Part shown: positions 1-12,976 of the stretch, piece after piece
Position numbering within the stretch: position 1 is the first letter of the stretch
Layout: every line of letters begins with the position of its first letter
Assembly: GCA_036785375.1 (NCBI GenBank)
Contig: JAWMAR010000011.1
Location: forward strand, 9,424,001 to 9,488,000
Origin: Leucoraja ocellata
Taxonomy: Eukaryota
DNA length: 64,000 nucleotides
Direction of reading: 5' to 3'
The notes under the pieces: generated by a model
Told to the model about the DNA's origin: nothing
The model's database searches: none
What the model saw: the letters and a program-made list of their open reading frames with translations, nothing else
Position numbers and translations under genes: made by a program

Positions 1-620
1 AATGCTACACTTGTCAAAGGGACCTGTCCAACCTCCCCCCCCTTGACTCCATTCAAGGACCCAAGCAGTCTATTCACGTGCGGCAGAGATTCACCTGCAC
101 CTCCTCATACCTCATCTATTGCATCCGCTGCTCTAGATGTCAGCTGCTCTACATCGTTGAGACCAAGCGTAGGCTTGGCGATCGCTTCGCCCAACACCTC
201 CACTCGGGTCGCAATAACCAACCTGATCACCCGGTGGCTCGGCACTTCAACTCTCCCTCCCATTCCGAATCCGACCTTTCTGTCCTGGGCCTCCTCCATG
301 GCCAGAGTGCGGACCACCGTAAATTGGAGGAGCAGCACCTTATATTTCGCTTGGCCAGTTTACACCCCAGCGGTATGAACACTGACTTCTCTAATTTCAG
401 ATAGTCCCTGCTTCCTCCTCCCCTTCTCAGCTCTCCCTCAGCCCACTGACTCCACCTTTCTTCTTCCCCTCCCCCACCCTCAAATCAGTCTGAAGAAGGG
501 TCTCGACCCGAAACGTTGCCTATTTCCTTCGCTCCATAGATGCTGCCTCACCCGCTAAGTTTCTCCAGCATTTTTGTTTACCTTCGATTTTCCAGCATCT
601 GCAGTTCCTTCTTAAACGTT
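1..620 (+). mobile_element. Penelope-like element 3' part: GIY-YIG endonuclease remnant + pLTR
   Basis: ORF 78-404 reads LIYCIRCSRCQLLYIVETKRRLGDRFAQH...VARHFN...RKLEEQHLIFRL...GMN, followed by a pyrimidine tract and CTGAAGAAGGGTCTCGACCCGAAACG. Confidence 0.9.
490..517 (+). ncRNA. Minimal hammerhead-ribozyme-like core in the Penelope pLTR
   Basis: CTGAAGA box, stem II GGGT-CTCG-ACCC, then GAAAC-GTT. Minimal type I hammerheads are known in Penelope-like elements. Stem I is weak here. Confidence 0.6.
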
Positions 621-1208
621 TTTATACGTGCTTTGATTTGCACATGTCACAATCCAGAAGGCAGAAGATCCAGTCCTTCTCTTGCCTTAAATGGAGCCAA
701 GGGTGTGATGCCAGCAAACTGGACTCCTGGCAACTGACTGTAATGTGAGGGTTAAACAGGTTAATTAACAGCTTCACACTACAAACCCTGTTTAGGAAAA
801 CAAGTTGGACAAATGCTTGTGCTAACTTGAAGAGACCTGTAAATCACAAAGCCACTTGTGAGGTTTTTAAGATAGGATTCTGCCTTCTTAGGGACATCAG
901 ACACTAGATTGTGCCTAATATGACAAATAACTCCCGTTTGGCACTAAGTAGGATAGCTAGTTTAAAAAAAAACACCCACCTGCTATTCTTTGATTAGAGT
1001 AGAAGCTAGCAGCTAGCCTTTTTATTATATGAGAGAGGAAGGGTGGGGGAGAGAGAGGCAGAACTCAGATGTGCAGACATGTTATTTTGTTAATAATTTT
1101 TCTGTATTTTACTTTAATAATTGTTTGTGCTCTTCAAAATGTTCTTTCGAGTCACTGATCCGAATCCTGCATATATTTTGTTATACTGATTCTGACAGGT
1201 ATTAATGC

Positions 1209-1835
1209 AGAAACATAGAAAATAGGTGCAGGAGTAGGCCATTCGGCCCTTCGAGCCTGCACCGCCATTCAATATGATCATGGCTGATCATCCAACTCAG
1301 TATCCTGTACCTGCCTTCTCTCCATACCCCCTGATCCATTTAGCCACAAGGGCCACATCTAACTCCCTCTTAAATATAGCCAATGAACTGGCCTCAACTA
1401 CCTTCTGCGGCAGAGAATTCCAGAGATTCACCACTCTCTGTGTGAAAAAACTTTTCCTCATCTCGGTCCTAAAAGATTTCCCCTTATCCTTAAACTGTGA
1501 CTACTTGTTCTGGACTTCCTCAACATCGGGAACAATCTTCCTGCATCTAGCCTGTCCAACCCCTTAAGAATTTTGTACATTTCTATAAGATCCCCCCTCA
1601 ATCTTCTAAATTCTAGCGAGTACAAACTGAGTCTATCCAGTCTTTCTTCATATGAAAGTCCTGACATCCCAGGAATCAGTCTGGTGAACCTTCTCTGCAC
1701 TCCCTCTATGGTAAGAATGTATTTCCTCAGATTAAGAGACCAAAACTGTACGCAATACTCCAGGTGTGGTGGCACCAAGACCCTGTACAACTGCAGTAGA
1801 ACCTCCCTGCTCCTATACTCAAATCCTTTTGCTAT
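1209..1835 (-). mobile_element. CR1 LINE 3' fragment
   Basis: ORF 1458-1790 reads HLEYCVQFWS...IEGVQRRFTRLIPGM..LSYEERL..L.LYSLEFRRLRGDLIE. The 3' UTR ends in (TTTCTATG)n. Confidence 0.95.
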
Positions 1836-2080
1836 CCTTTAACCATCCATTCCTTAAATTTGGGAAAAGTATTGCACTTCAAAGATTGAAATGAAATGTG
1901 TATTCTATCCAGCAAGAGCATTTGCATCTTCAAAGTGTTACACAGCACACACTTGTGGTAGTTTGTCTGATCCTTAAGGAAGCTCTGATTCATTACCCAC
2001 AAGGCAAAAATGATGGGAGAATCCATCAGCATCATTGGAATTTTAGGATACACAATTCATACCTTATACCATAATAAAAA

Positions 2081-2328
2081 AACAAAGTGCTGGAGTAACT
2101 TAATAGATCAGGCAGCATCTCTGGAGGACATGGATCGGCAACGGTTTGGGTCCTTCTTCAGATTGTAGTAGTGGGGGAGAAAGCTTTCCCCACCCCATCC
2201 CGACCAACAACAGTCTGAAGAAGGGTCCTGACTCGAAATGTCCTCCACAGATGGTGCCTGACCTGCTAAGTTACTCCAATACTTTGTTTTTTTTTGGTAA
2301 GCTAGCATCTGCAGTTGCTTGTGTCTCC
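2081..2328. mobile_element. Inverted dimer of Penelope pLTR
   Basis: ACAAAGTGCTGGAGTAACT...CTTCTTCAGA is mirrored by TCTGAAGAAG...AGTTACTCCAATACTTTGT. Confidence 0.75.
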
Positions 2329-3438
2329 TATCCCTTAATGTATTGAATAGTGCATTGCAAGGATGCCTTTCCCATAGTATTTGCAGGCAGCTGTAGAATA
2401 CCAGGGCCTGAAGCAGTGGCAGCTGTGGCACAATTTAGGGGATATAGTTTTGCAAGCAGGCCACTGGTCAGGTTTACAAGAACAGCCCTGATCAGATTTT
2501 TTTTTTTTACATTGCGATTTAACTTATGTCGCCCAAAAAAAATTAAGTTTGGATGCTGAAATGAAACGTAAAAGCGTTTTTTTGTGTGCACCTACTGAGT
2601 TCAGCAGACAAATGATACATACTGGCAATACCAATGAGGAAAAAAATTACATTTTTAATCTGGAATTCACTGCCTTGAGTGGTGGAATTACATTCAAGTG
2701 TAACTTTCAAAAGTAAATTGTATTTATATTACAAAGGATATTTGACAGGACAAATGGAGATCTCTTTTAAGAAGCTACCATCTTAATGCTCTTAATGTTT
2801 TGTGATTTAGTGACATAAACTAGAAGGTGGACAGTTTTCTGGCTGAAATGTTTTTATTTGAGTTTAAAACCATATTTGAATTTTGTCTGCTAAACAAGAA
2901 TGGTGAAGCAGAATGTATTTTTTCTATGTTTCCGCATCATTAACTGCATGTGGAGTTGGTAGGAGTAATAAAGGAATTTAGGAATGCATGCAAATAACTT
3001 GTCAAAAAATAGCCATGATATGCAAGTTACTGATACTGCTGGGGCTCATCATGAAGGGTAGAATGGTAAAAGCAAGGACATTTAACATTATTTTATAAAG
3101 CACTGGACAGGCCTCGCAATCAAGGGAAAATAATCTTAATTCAGGGCAAGTTTATAACAATAACTGCACCACAGAAAGGGTTGTAGAAATGGGTAAATTA
3201 TTTGTCCAATTTCCCATCGGAGAAAAAGGGTATTTAACTATGAAAGCTTCTTTGGAAAAAAGTATTAACCAACATTAAAGAATTATGGATTTTTTAAAAT
3301 TGTCACTAGCTAACAAAGTGGTTGGATGTCACCTTTTGCATGTCATGAAATACCTCACATGTAGATTCCCATTCTGTCAATCCAGTCTCCTAAAATACGA
3401 AGTAGAAAATTAAATGCTTCCTGCAATCGACTTTAACA

Positions 3439-3714
3439 GGCACGGTGGCGCAGTGGTAGAGTTGCAGCCTTACAGCGCCAGAGACCCTCTGGATCCTGAC
3501 TACAGGTGCTGTATGTACAGAGTTTGTAGGTTCTTCCCGTGACCTGCGTGGGTTTTCTCCGGGATCCTCCCACACTCCAAAGACGTACAGGTTTGTAGGC
3601 TAAATGACTTGGTAAAATTGTAAATTATCCCTAGTGAGTGTAGGACAGTGTAAGTGTGTGGGAATCGCTGGTCGGTTCAGACTGTGCTCCCGTGCTGTAT
3701 CTCTAAACTAAACT
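3439..3714 (+). mobile_element. tRNA-derived V-SINE-type SINE
   Basis: tRNA-like head GGCACGGTGGCGCAGTGGTAGAG, central GCGTGGGTTTTCTCCGGG...CCTCCCACACTCCAAAGAC, tail (CTAAA)n. Confidence 0.9.
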
Positions 3715-3959
3715 CAATGCGTTCCACGGCCATAGTTGCACTTTGGTTCATCTTACACCTTCTGGGACAGACCTAATAGGCGGTTACCTCTTACTGTTTC
3801 TATTCCTTGGAAATGTTTATTATTTCCTAAATGTGATAACTTATTTCTCAGAATTGCCAATTCTGGACCTAGTCCATTTCTTACCCAAGAAATTGGAATA
3901 ATAAGGAAAGTTTTATCACCGTTACTTCCAATTTCCATCTGGCTGTCATTTTCATCTGA

Positions 3960-5000
3960 TCCACCTGTTTGTTCCTTTCTCTTTCTTGATTTCACAGGCG
4001 ATAGTTTAGTGCCCCAGATCTATTGCAAACCCTCAGACTTCCATTCTGCTTCTTACAAAGACTCTATATCGTTCTCATATTTTCATCAGTTCTGCCGCAT
4101 CTCTTCTGATGACTTATTCAACATCAGGTCTTCTGAAAGGTATTTCTATATCCGTATACATGATTTCCCCTCTGAAATTTCTCAACCATGTTGGCCCCAT
4201 TTCCTAAATATCTACTCTCTTCCCATGCTTCTCTTCTCTTGACCATTCTCTTCTCACCTAGAGCAAAGATCGATTTCTGCTCGTCATTGTTTTTCCACCA
4301 TCATGTTGAACAGATCTTTCCACCAACTTCAATGCAAATCCACCATCAGACACATCTTCCCCACGTTGTGGAGCTCTTCCGTTCAATCCATATGCATGAG
4401 CCTGAGCTACCAGCAATCTATCACTTTTATTTCCATCCCATTCTCTCTCACTCTCGCCTCTCTGTTTCTGACCTTACACTGTTCTAATAAAGCCTAAGGA
4501 ACTACATTTCATGTTCAGAATATGTACATTAAAACCTCAGTATTGAATTCAAGAATAAGCAGATCTTTTGAGTTTCCATCAGTGTGTTAGTTCTAATGAA
4601 AGAATAAATCTCTATTTCCCTCACTCCATGGACACTGACTGCTGAGAATTTCCAGTATTTCTTTTATTTCACTTTTAACAATTGCAGTAGTTCGTATCAC
4701 ATTGCTGACGTATTATTTTTTCCACTTCACATTATTTCCATTTATCGTCCATTTGCAACTCCTGCAATCTGCTCACCTGCAATTAACAACACTCCATCAT
4801 CCTTTCTCAGCCAGCAGCATTGATACCTGTGCCATTCAGTCTCTCTTTCTTCATCCTCTCACTGGGATTCCTTTTGTTTACTCCACTCCTCTTCATCTGA
4901 ATTTTAATTTTCATCTTAATTTCCAATTTTAGCTTGGTCTGATGAAAGATCATCAAACTGAAACATTAACTTTGTTTCTCCCCATTGACAATGAATATTT
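3960..5000 (+). mobile_element. Old, degraded Penelope-like fragment
   Basis: Decayed matches to Penelope RT/EN (FLDF..., IYCKP.D.H; PELP...HF) and a degenerate CTGATGA...GAAAC motif near 4939-4965. Confidence 0.55.
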
Positions 5001-5974
5001 CCAACTTTTTCACAATATTAGATGAGAACATTTCAACTTATTTGAAATCATCAGCATTAGGCGTTATTGTTTTTATTAAACATATAGATTACACAGGCAA
5101 TTTTAATTAGATAGGAAATATAGTCTGAATATTCAGAAAAAAAACTACACACTGTACTTCTTTGAACAGAACCTACGATAACATAAAAAATAAAATCAAC
5201 TTCTAAATGTTTATGGCTTAGTGCAGTGGAGGAGGGAGGAAGGACATACATAAGAAATAGATCTGCTAAACATATTTTCATCCAATCAATCTGATGCTTC
5301 TGGAGTCAACAAATCTGAAAAACTGCAAACTTGGAAAAACAACTCTTATAGCATTTTCTCCAATTATTGTTTCTCTGTAGAACATTAGCACTGCTTATTT
5401 TGACTATGTAGAATTATAACATTTCAATGCATTATGTGATGGGATCAATGACAAGTTTATTCTACATTTGAACATAGAAAATCCTAATTTATAAATGATC
5501 CTATCTATTTTTTGATATCTCATTTTTAATCTTCCTTCACTCACAGCCCACATGTCATCATTAGAAGGGAACATTGGCTGTTTCCTCCCTCTACATTCCT
5601 CAGTCTAAAGGAACTATAGGGTTTTTGCTGCTGTGCTCCCAGAGATCAGGTCGGACAACATAGAGTGCAAATTAAACTTGGGACTTTGAGGATTTCAGCA
5701 AGATATGCACGTTTATGATGCCTTTGAGGATAGGTGGAAGTAAACTGATCTAATGTTGATCATTATAAAATCAGATCATAAATTGTAAAAAATGATTCAT
5801 CATTACTTTTATTGTAATTAGACACTTCTGGACTCAAGGTTCTTTTGTTTGACTGCACCACAAATATCTTCTCACCCACTGATGTTAATTTGATAATGGG
5901 CTAAATAGCACATTAATGCCACTGGCCAATATTCTACAGGATAGAAAAAACCAAGAGGGGTAACCAGAGGGGTG

Positions 5975-6207
5975 ACTTTTTCAAGCAAAGGGTGAAAGAT
6001 GTTTGGAACGAGTTGCTGGAAGAGATAGTTGAGGCAGGTACTATCACAATGTTTAAGAAACATTTAGACAGGTACATGGATTGGACATGTTTAGAGGGAT
6101 ATGGGCCAAATGCAGGCAGGTGAGACTTGTGCAGATGAACATGTTGGTCAGTGTGGGCAAGTTAGGCTGAAGGGCCTGTTCCCATGCTGTAGGTCTCTAT
6201 GACTCTA
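5975..6207 (+). mobile_element. CR1-type LINE 3' tail
   Basis: TTTAAGAAACATTTAGACAGGTACATGGAT...GAAGGGCCTGTT...CTCTATGACTCTA. Confidence 0.8.
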
Positions 6208-7139
6208 AAGATATCTTTTGGTTTGGTAGGTGATAAAAATGCCCAATTCCAAACAGCAAACATGAGAAAATACTATCTTCAAGGTCCTTGGTAAGAGTGC
6301 AGTGGAAAGTTATAGGAATGGTACCAGAGATGAATGCAGAAAGGTAACGGAAAATGTAATTAAGGCGTTAATCATGATGCAGAATTCTTATAGAGTGATG
6401 GCCAAATTACAGCACAGTCAATGACCACAAATTTAAGATAACAGTCAAAAGAAGCACTAAAGATGTGATGGGACAATGTAAATAAATAAACTGAGTACAT
6501 TTGTTTACACAGAGCTGAAAGAATAAAGAAAGCCTTAGTAATTTTCTAAATACACCATTTACATATGTTTAACATGGAAATACAGCAGATAAATAGAACC
6601 ACTTTGATATTTTTTTTCAAGGAGCTTGTGCAGCCACCTTGAATCCAAAGACCTCCTTCATTATGCACAATTCTATTGTGGCAAACACAGCATCACCACC
6701 AAAGTAAATTTGGTGAACTCATTGTTGCAAGACCAATTTAGTCCAGTCCTAGCCCAAAAAAGTATTTATGAAATTATGCTGTGGATAATAATCCACCCAA
6801 AATTTCCATGGTGAATATAATCAAGAATAACAAAGGTTATTTTAGAGCAAAAAAAAATGCTGCTTCAGTACTAGTACTGGATTAAAGTACTTGGATAAGC
6901 ATTCTTTGGATACACATATCTTGCATTTATATTGATGTCAAATTGTGGTGATGTCAATGGACAACATCCTAAAGTGAACCAAACTGAACAGATAACAATT
7001 CAATGTGATTCAATTCAATTTCACGGACTAGAAGGGTCAAGATGGCCTGTTTCCGTGCTGTAATTGTTAATGTGAAGCCAAGTAAAATGAAACGGTCTAG
7101 CCTAACCACCAAATTAGCTTACAACCATTAGGAGAATTG

Positions 7140-7350
7140 TGTAGGAGGGAACTGCTGCTGCTGATTTACACAAAGATAGGCACAAAATGCTGGAGTAACT
7201 CAGCGGGACTGGCAGCATCTCTGGAGAGAAGGAATGGGTGACATTTCCTGTTGAGACCCTCCTTCAGACTCCAGAGTCTGAAGAACGGTCACGACCCGAA
7301 ACATCACCCACTCCTTCTACCCAGAGATGCTGCCTGTCCCACTGAGTTAC
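7140..7350. mobile_element. Palindromic Penelope-pLTR dimer with hammerhead-like cores
   Basis: Arms meet at CAGACTCCAGAGTCTG (7265-7280). The plus arm carries CTGAAGAACGGTCACGACCCGAAACATC. Confidence 0.8.
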
Positions 7351-9613
7351 TATCTTCAGTAGGAGAATTATGTTTCTATAGCTTAAATTGACAGTGAATT
7401 TCCCAGTCTGAAACCAGTAGATGCCATTTAAGTAGCACTATGACTTGTTCTCCTGCCAGCAAAGGGCTCTACCTGGATTGATGGATGCACATTGCTTTCC
7501 ATGTTAAAATTGTACGTGTTCGGAAAGGAAAAGGGAGAATCCCTGCTCATTGAATATTTCTCTTAATTCCAACCACGTTCGCTGATTTTAATTTAATTTA
7601 CAGTCATACAATAGACAATAGGTGCAGGAGTAGGCCATTCGGCCCTTCGAGCCAGCACCTAGGACAGTGTAGAATTACTTTTTCTTTCTTGCTCTGGCAT
7701 CTGGTTTAATGTCAATTCCAGATGAGTACTGAATGTCATGTCTTACAAAATATTTAGATTTTAAATGTAATCTTAAGCAAAAAAATCTGGAGGAACAGGG
7801 CGTATATGGAAAAATATGGAGATGGCATAGGTGGATGAGGACCAGTTGGACACAAAAATACAAACAGAATCATTTTTACTCTATCATTAAAAAAATGTCA
7901 ATTGAAACCACCAAATATAGATGCATGAACTGTTCATAAGTTTGTGTTGTACAAACACCCTACATTTAATATTATTAAAATAGAGATGCTAACTAATAAG
8001 TACTTTGTCAGAAATTCTGAATTTGACGAGGTAACCAAGAAATCTTCAGACAATAACCCAGATTTAATTTAGGTCATACGATTACTTTCTTCTTTTGGCT
8101 GTAATAAACACTTGGCTAAAATAAGTCAATGATACAAAGATTTGCAATGCGTCAGTGTACCAAACCAAATATCAACTGAGAGGAGGATTTACATGTGTGA
8201 TTCTTCTCCCATATATATTCTTATCGAGGGGGATATCAGAATGAAGCAAAAAGAACTTCATCAAATGGGGGAGATTTTTTATAGAAAGTTAGCAAATGTT
8301 GGTCTGCACAACTGCAATTGGTGATCCTGGAGGTTTAGTAGTTAAGAACATTAATGGCAATAGGGAAAAAAATTAAAATTAAAATCAATCAGCAAAGGAA
8401 TAGAAAAATAATTCTGCATAAAATTGGTTCATTATTTGGTACTTAATTTGTGATTGAAAAATCCCTTGCAAATACAATGAAATGGTTTCTGCTGAAGGAA
8501 ACATAATATGAACAAATGCTACATTGTGCTTAAAAAAATCTACATTATTAACCAAACAATGAGAAATCATATATATAGCAAAGTAATAAATATACAGTAA
8601 TGTCGTCAGCAGCTTGAGCGACACCATCGCCAATCATATTGCATAATACAATGTACGTCATTCATGAGGCTTCTGTCTAACAGCAACATCTAAATGAGAT
8701 TTAAATACAAATTCTCTCCTTATATTCCTTTTGACAACATAGATCAACAAACAAAAGATCACCAATGTATGAACGGTAACCAAGACGTGGATTAAACATG
8801 TTTGACATTTTTTCTATTATCTCGACATTGTTCAGTATTTGTACACATATGATTGAGTCCACACATATCATGGGAACAATAAAAAGGCAAATCTAGAAAG
8901 ATAGCTAACTCCAGGCACCCTTATAATTACATCTGATTTGATTATTGCATTTATGGTAGCCTTAGTTTAGCTGTATCTATGCAATTACATCTCCAATCAA
9001 TCACTGGCCTCTAGAATGATCACTATTCTCCTGAAATGGCCATGATTACCATTTTGTTTCTTTTAAACTATAATACCTATTTTCTAATTCCATCAGTTCT
9101 GCATAAAAATCATTTACATATTGTAGCTAAATCAGTGATCAGTTAGTTCATTGCATTTGCTAATCCATTGGATAGACTTGCAGCAGGCAACTTTCAACAA
9201 GTATATTTAGTAACTTAAATATAAAAATTTACACTTAGTTACAAAAATATATATGCATTTAAAAACATACAAACCATATTAAGACTGGGTATTAATGATA
9301 TTGACTAAACACATCTTTGTTCTCCATTTGCAGATATGAAAAATAAAGTCCACCAATAGTGAAGAATGCATTCTGATTCTGAATAAAGTTGCACAGATAT
9401 TTTAAGTTTAGAAATAAAACATTTTAATTACTGGTGGATTCTTAGCTTTTGTAAATTTCTAACGCTTCTAGCTTATGACATTTATGACAATTTAGGAACT
9501 TGTCAGCAACTTAGATCATGAGTAAGCTTAGTACCCAATGTTAATAACCAGGCAAGGCATTTTGAAATTATAGTTCATGAGTAGGATATATTATAGAACC
9601 GCATTAACTAGAC

Positions 9614-9962
9614 CAGTGATTCCCAACCTGGGACCATGGCAAATTTCAGGGGGGGCCACAGAAAAAATCTGGGATTTAGGGGGCCACAGGTTCAATGAAG
9701 GGGGCCACAGAGCTACCACCCTGTTGCCTCCTAAATTTCAGTTCTAATAAATTTAAATCTATGTAGTTGAAATATTTTTGATGTTTGTGGAATAGAATAA
9801 AAGAGAATATATGTGCAATTAATAGACACTGATATTTTTATGGAAGGTATTATAATATTGAGGTACTTTTTTCCCCGCTAATAATGTCACGGGGGGAGGG
9901 GGGCACAGAAAAATTAAAAGATCCCAAGGGGGCCATGAGCTAAAAAAAGTTGGGAACCACTG
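9614..9962. mobile_element. Non-autonomous hAT (Charlie-like) MITE
   Basis: TIRs CAGTGATTCCCAAC / GTTGGGAACCACTG; 8-bp TSD AACTAGAC / AAGTAGAC (7 of 8 match); subterminal GGGGCCAC repeats. Confidence 0.88.
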
Positions 9963-11637
9963 AAGTAGACAAATCAAATTCAGTCTTAATATTTTGAACC
10001 AATATTAACATGTCCAACTTTTTAAGAATATACTATCTTTTTCATAATATTCTAAACTCTATATGTATACTCAGAGTTATTAATTCACTATAATATATCA
10101 CATATCAGTTTTAAATTATGCAGTTCCTTAATTCTTATCTAGGGTATTTGCACTATAGTCTGCCAAAGATTAGTAGTGAACAAAGGCTGTACAGTACAAA
10201 TTTAATCCCTTGTCCTCACTTCGATGTTTACGGTATATTCAAATTGACTGTTGCACTAATAGGTTCCAGGCCCTATTACTTTGTGGCCATTTTCATAAAA
10301 GTTTTATTGCATTAAAAAATCTGCATTACGTAATTGATATGCAAAGGATTAAATTCATACATACAAAGCAAATTACGCAGTAAAATGAGTAAATAGAACA
10401 GCCGCTTGCATGTTTTCCATACATCTTTGTCACTTGAGTTATAGAGAAAGGTGCCCTTTTAAAATAAATTATGATATTTTGAATCTATGGTTCTACAATA
10501 ATATTGCTCACCATAGTAACAGGATTCACATGATATTTGCCTAAATTGGTGGATACAAGTTGATGGTACCAGCAATGCCTGTTCAGCATTTAAATTGGCA
10601 AAGAATTGTTGTGGTCATGCAAAAGACTGAGCCTCTCATATCGCTTGGTACGTTTTACAATAAGAACATCTAGAAACAGCAGCCTTTCATATTTAGTTGG
10701 TGAAGGTGACTGGCCGTTCATTGCTCATGGTACTGGGAGCACAAATTGTACTTTTACTGGTAAGGTTAATTTTATGCAGAAATATTATATTAATTAAGTA
10801 TCTCATTTCTTGTTCTCAGATTTCAATTTAGAACCACAAATTTCATACCTGCTGTACAACTAAAGTCTTTCTCATATTCAGGAGTTTCTGAATAAAAATT
10901 TGCTTAAATTTGTCGATCTAATAATAATAATAAAGTTTTGTGCAGAACTGTAAAAACCACAGGCATGACTAGGAACTGTCAAACAAAATGCAATGTTTTT
11001 TGTGGCATTTATATATATCAAAGTATATAATAAAAGTGCTTTGTAGCCAGTGGCAGCACCTGGCAATATAAGTTATGCTTTTCAACAAATTCTATGAAAG
11101 ATAATGTTTTCTCATCTTGCAATACATCATGTTGCTGTATGACTTTGCCAATCTCAAAATGACCCTCCTTTCCAATTGAAATTATCAAACTAATTTCACT
11201 ATCGTCTTTAAGAACAAACTTTCATCCAGTTACAACTGGGTTGAGTCTTTAAAATATCTTGGACATGAAAATAATTTCTATCGTCAATCCCCTATAAGGG
11301 CACATACAGTATCAATAGTTTTATCGTCTAGCTTAGTTAACTGAACAGAGTTGAGTATGGTCAGCCAATGCAATGCTTGATTGTGTGTGCTTCCTCCCAC
11401 AATAATAAAGAAATGAGAAGGGAAATATATTCCTTTGATAAATCTATTCATTTCTTGGTGTTTTTTTAAGACATGCTCATTTGACAGAAAAGCATGACCA
11501 TCTATTATCAATAATCATTATCTATAAAAATAAAGTAAATACATATATTATTTAATCCCTTCAGCTATGCATTTTATATCTTTTAAATCCCACAAATAAC
11601 AAATGATCTTTCCCTCCCCTCTCTCGTGAGTCACTAA

Positions 11638-12476
11638 TTATTCAACATCAGGTCCTCTGAATGGTATTTCTATATCCTTATACATGATTTCCCCTTTGAA
11701 ATTTCTCAACCTTGTTGGCCCCATTTCGTAAACATCTACTCTCTTCCCATGCTTCTCTTCTCTTGACCATTCTCTTCTCACCTAGAGCAAAGATCGATTT
11801 CTGCTCGTCATTGTTTTTCCACCATCATGTTGAACAGATCTTTCCACCAACTTCAATGCAAATCCACCATCAGACACATCTTCCCCACGTTGTGGAGCTC
11901 TTCCATTCAATCCATATGCATGAGCCTGAGCTACCAGTCACCAATCACTTTTATTTCCATCCCATTCTCTCTCACTCTCGCCTCACTATTTCTGACCTTC
12001 CATTGTTCTAATAAAGCCTACTGCAAGGTTAAGGAACTCCATTTCATGTTCAGAATATGTACATTAAAACCTCAGGATTGAATTCAAGAATAACCGGACC
12101 TTTGAGTTTCCATCAGTGTGTTAGTTCTAATGAAAGAATAAATCTGTAACAGTAACTATTTCCCTCACTCCATGGACACTGACTGCTGAGAATTTCCAGT
12201 ATTCTCTTTTATTTCAGACTTTTAACAATTGCAGTAGTTTGTATCACATCGCTGACGTATTATTTTTTCCACTTCAAGTTATTTCCATTTAGCATCCATT
12301 TGCATTTCCTCCAATCTGCTCACCTGCAATTAACAACACTCCATCATCCTTTCTCAGCCAGCAGCATTGATACCTGTGCCATTTAGTCTCTCTTTCTTCA
12401 TCCTCTCACTGGGATTCCTTTTGTTTTCTCCACCCTTCCACTTCATCTGAATTTTAATTTCCATCTTAATGTCCAA
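11638..12476 (+). repeat. Direct duplicate of 4114-4926
   Basis: Colinear near-identical sequence; the translated ORFs at 4188/11712 and 4303/11827 are almost the same. Confidence 0.95.
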
Positions 12477-12976
12477 CAATTAATGATCTTTCCCTCCCCT
12501 CTCTCATGAATCAGTAATTGTTAATGCTTATTTATTGTTTATGTAAATAAGAGGTTAGTTAAAGACTGAACAAGGTGACCCATGTATCAATCATAGGCAG
12601 CATAAATAACCACAGTTTTCAAATAAAAATTAGAATAACTTTGCTTATTATCTAATATTTGCATTACTAAAAGCAAACTGCAGTCCAATATTTTTGGTGA
12701 CAAAACAGTACCAACATTTTAGCAGACCATTTCATTCAGGTTATTTGAACTTTCAATATTTGATTCCCAAAGGTGACAATAAATCTAGGAATTGGATCCT
12801 ATAGGTTGGGGCAGCAGTGGTTTGTCAGTGAGGTTTATCAAAGTTTTATTAACTTCGCTGGTCTGGTATCTGTACCTATATGTCACAAATTACCATTTTC
12901 ATAATATCAATATATTTTGGGTTATTCTCATTGGATAGGGAAGCTAATATATAAGCAATTTAAAAGCACCGATCAT

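Noticed and set aside
3439-3510. tRNA gene
   Set aside because: It is the tRNA-derived head of a SINE, continuing into SINE core and tail; the same applies at 32174 and 42067.
9614-9962. hAT MITE as substrate or remnant end of the PRDM11 hAT exon
   Set aside because: Self-contained with its own TSD, 3 kb from the exon; no evidence of a relationship.
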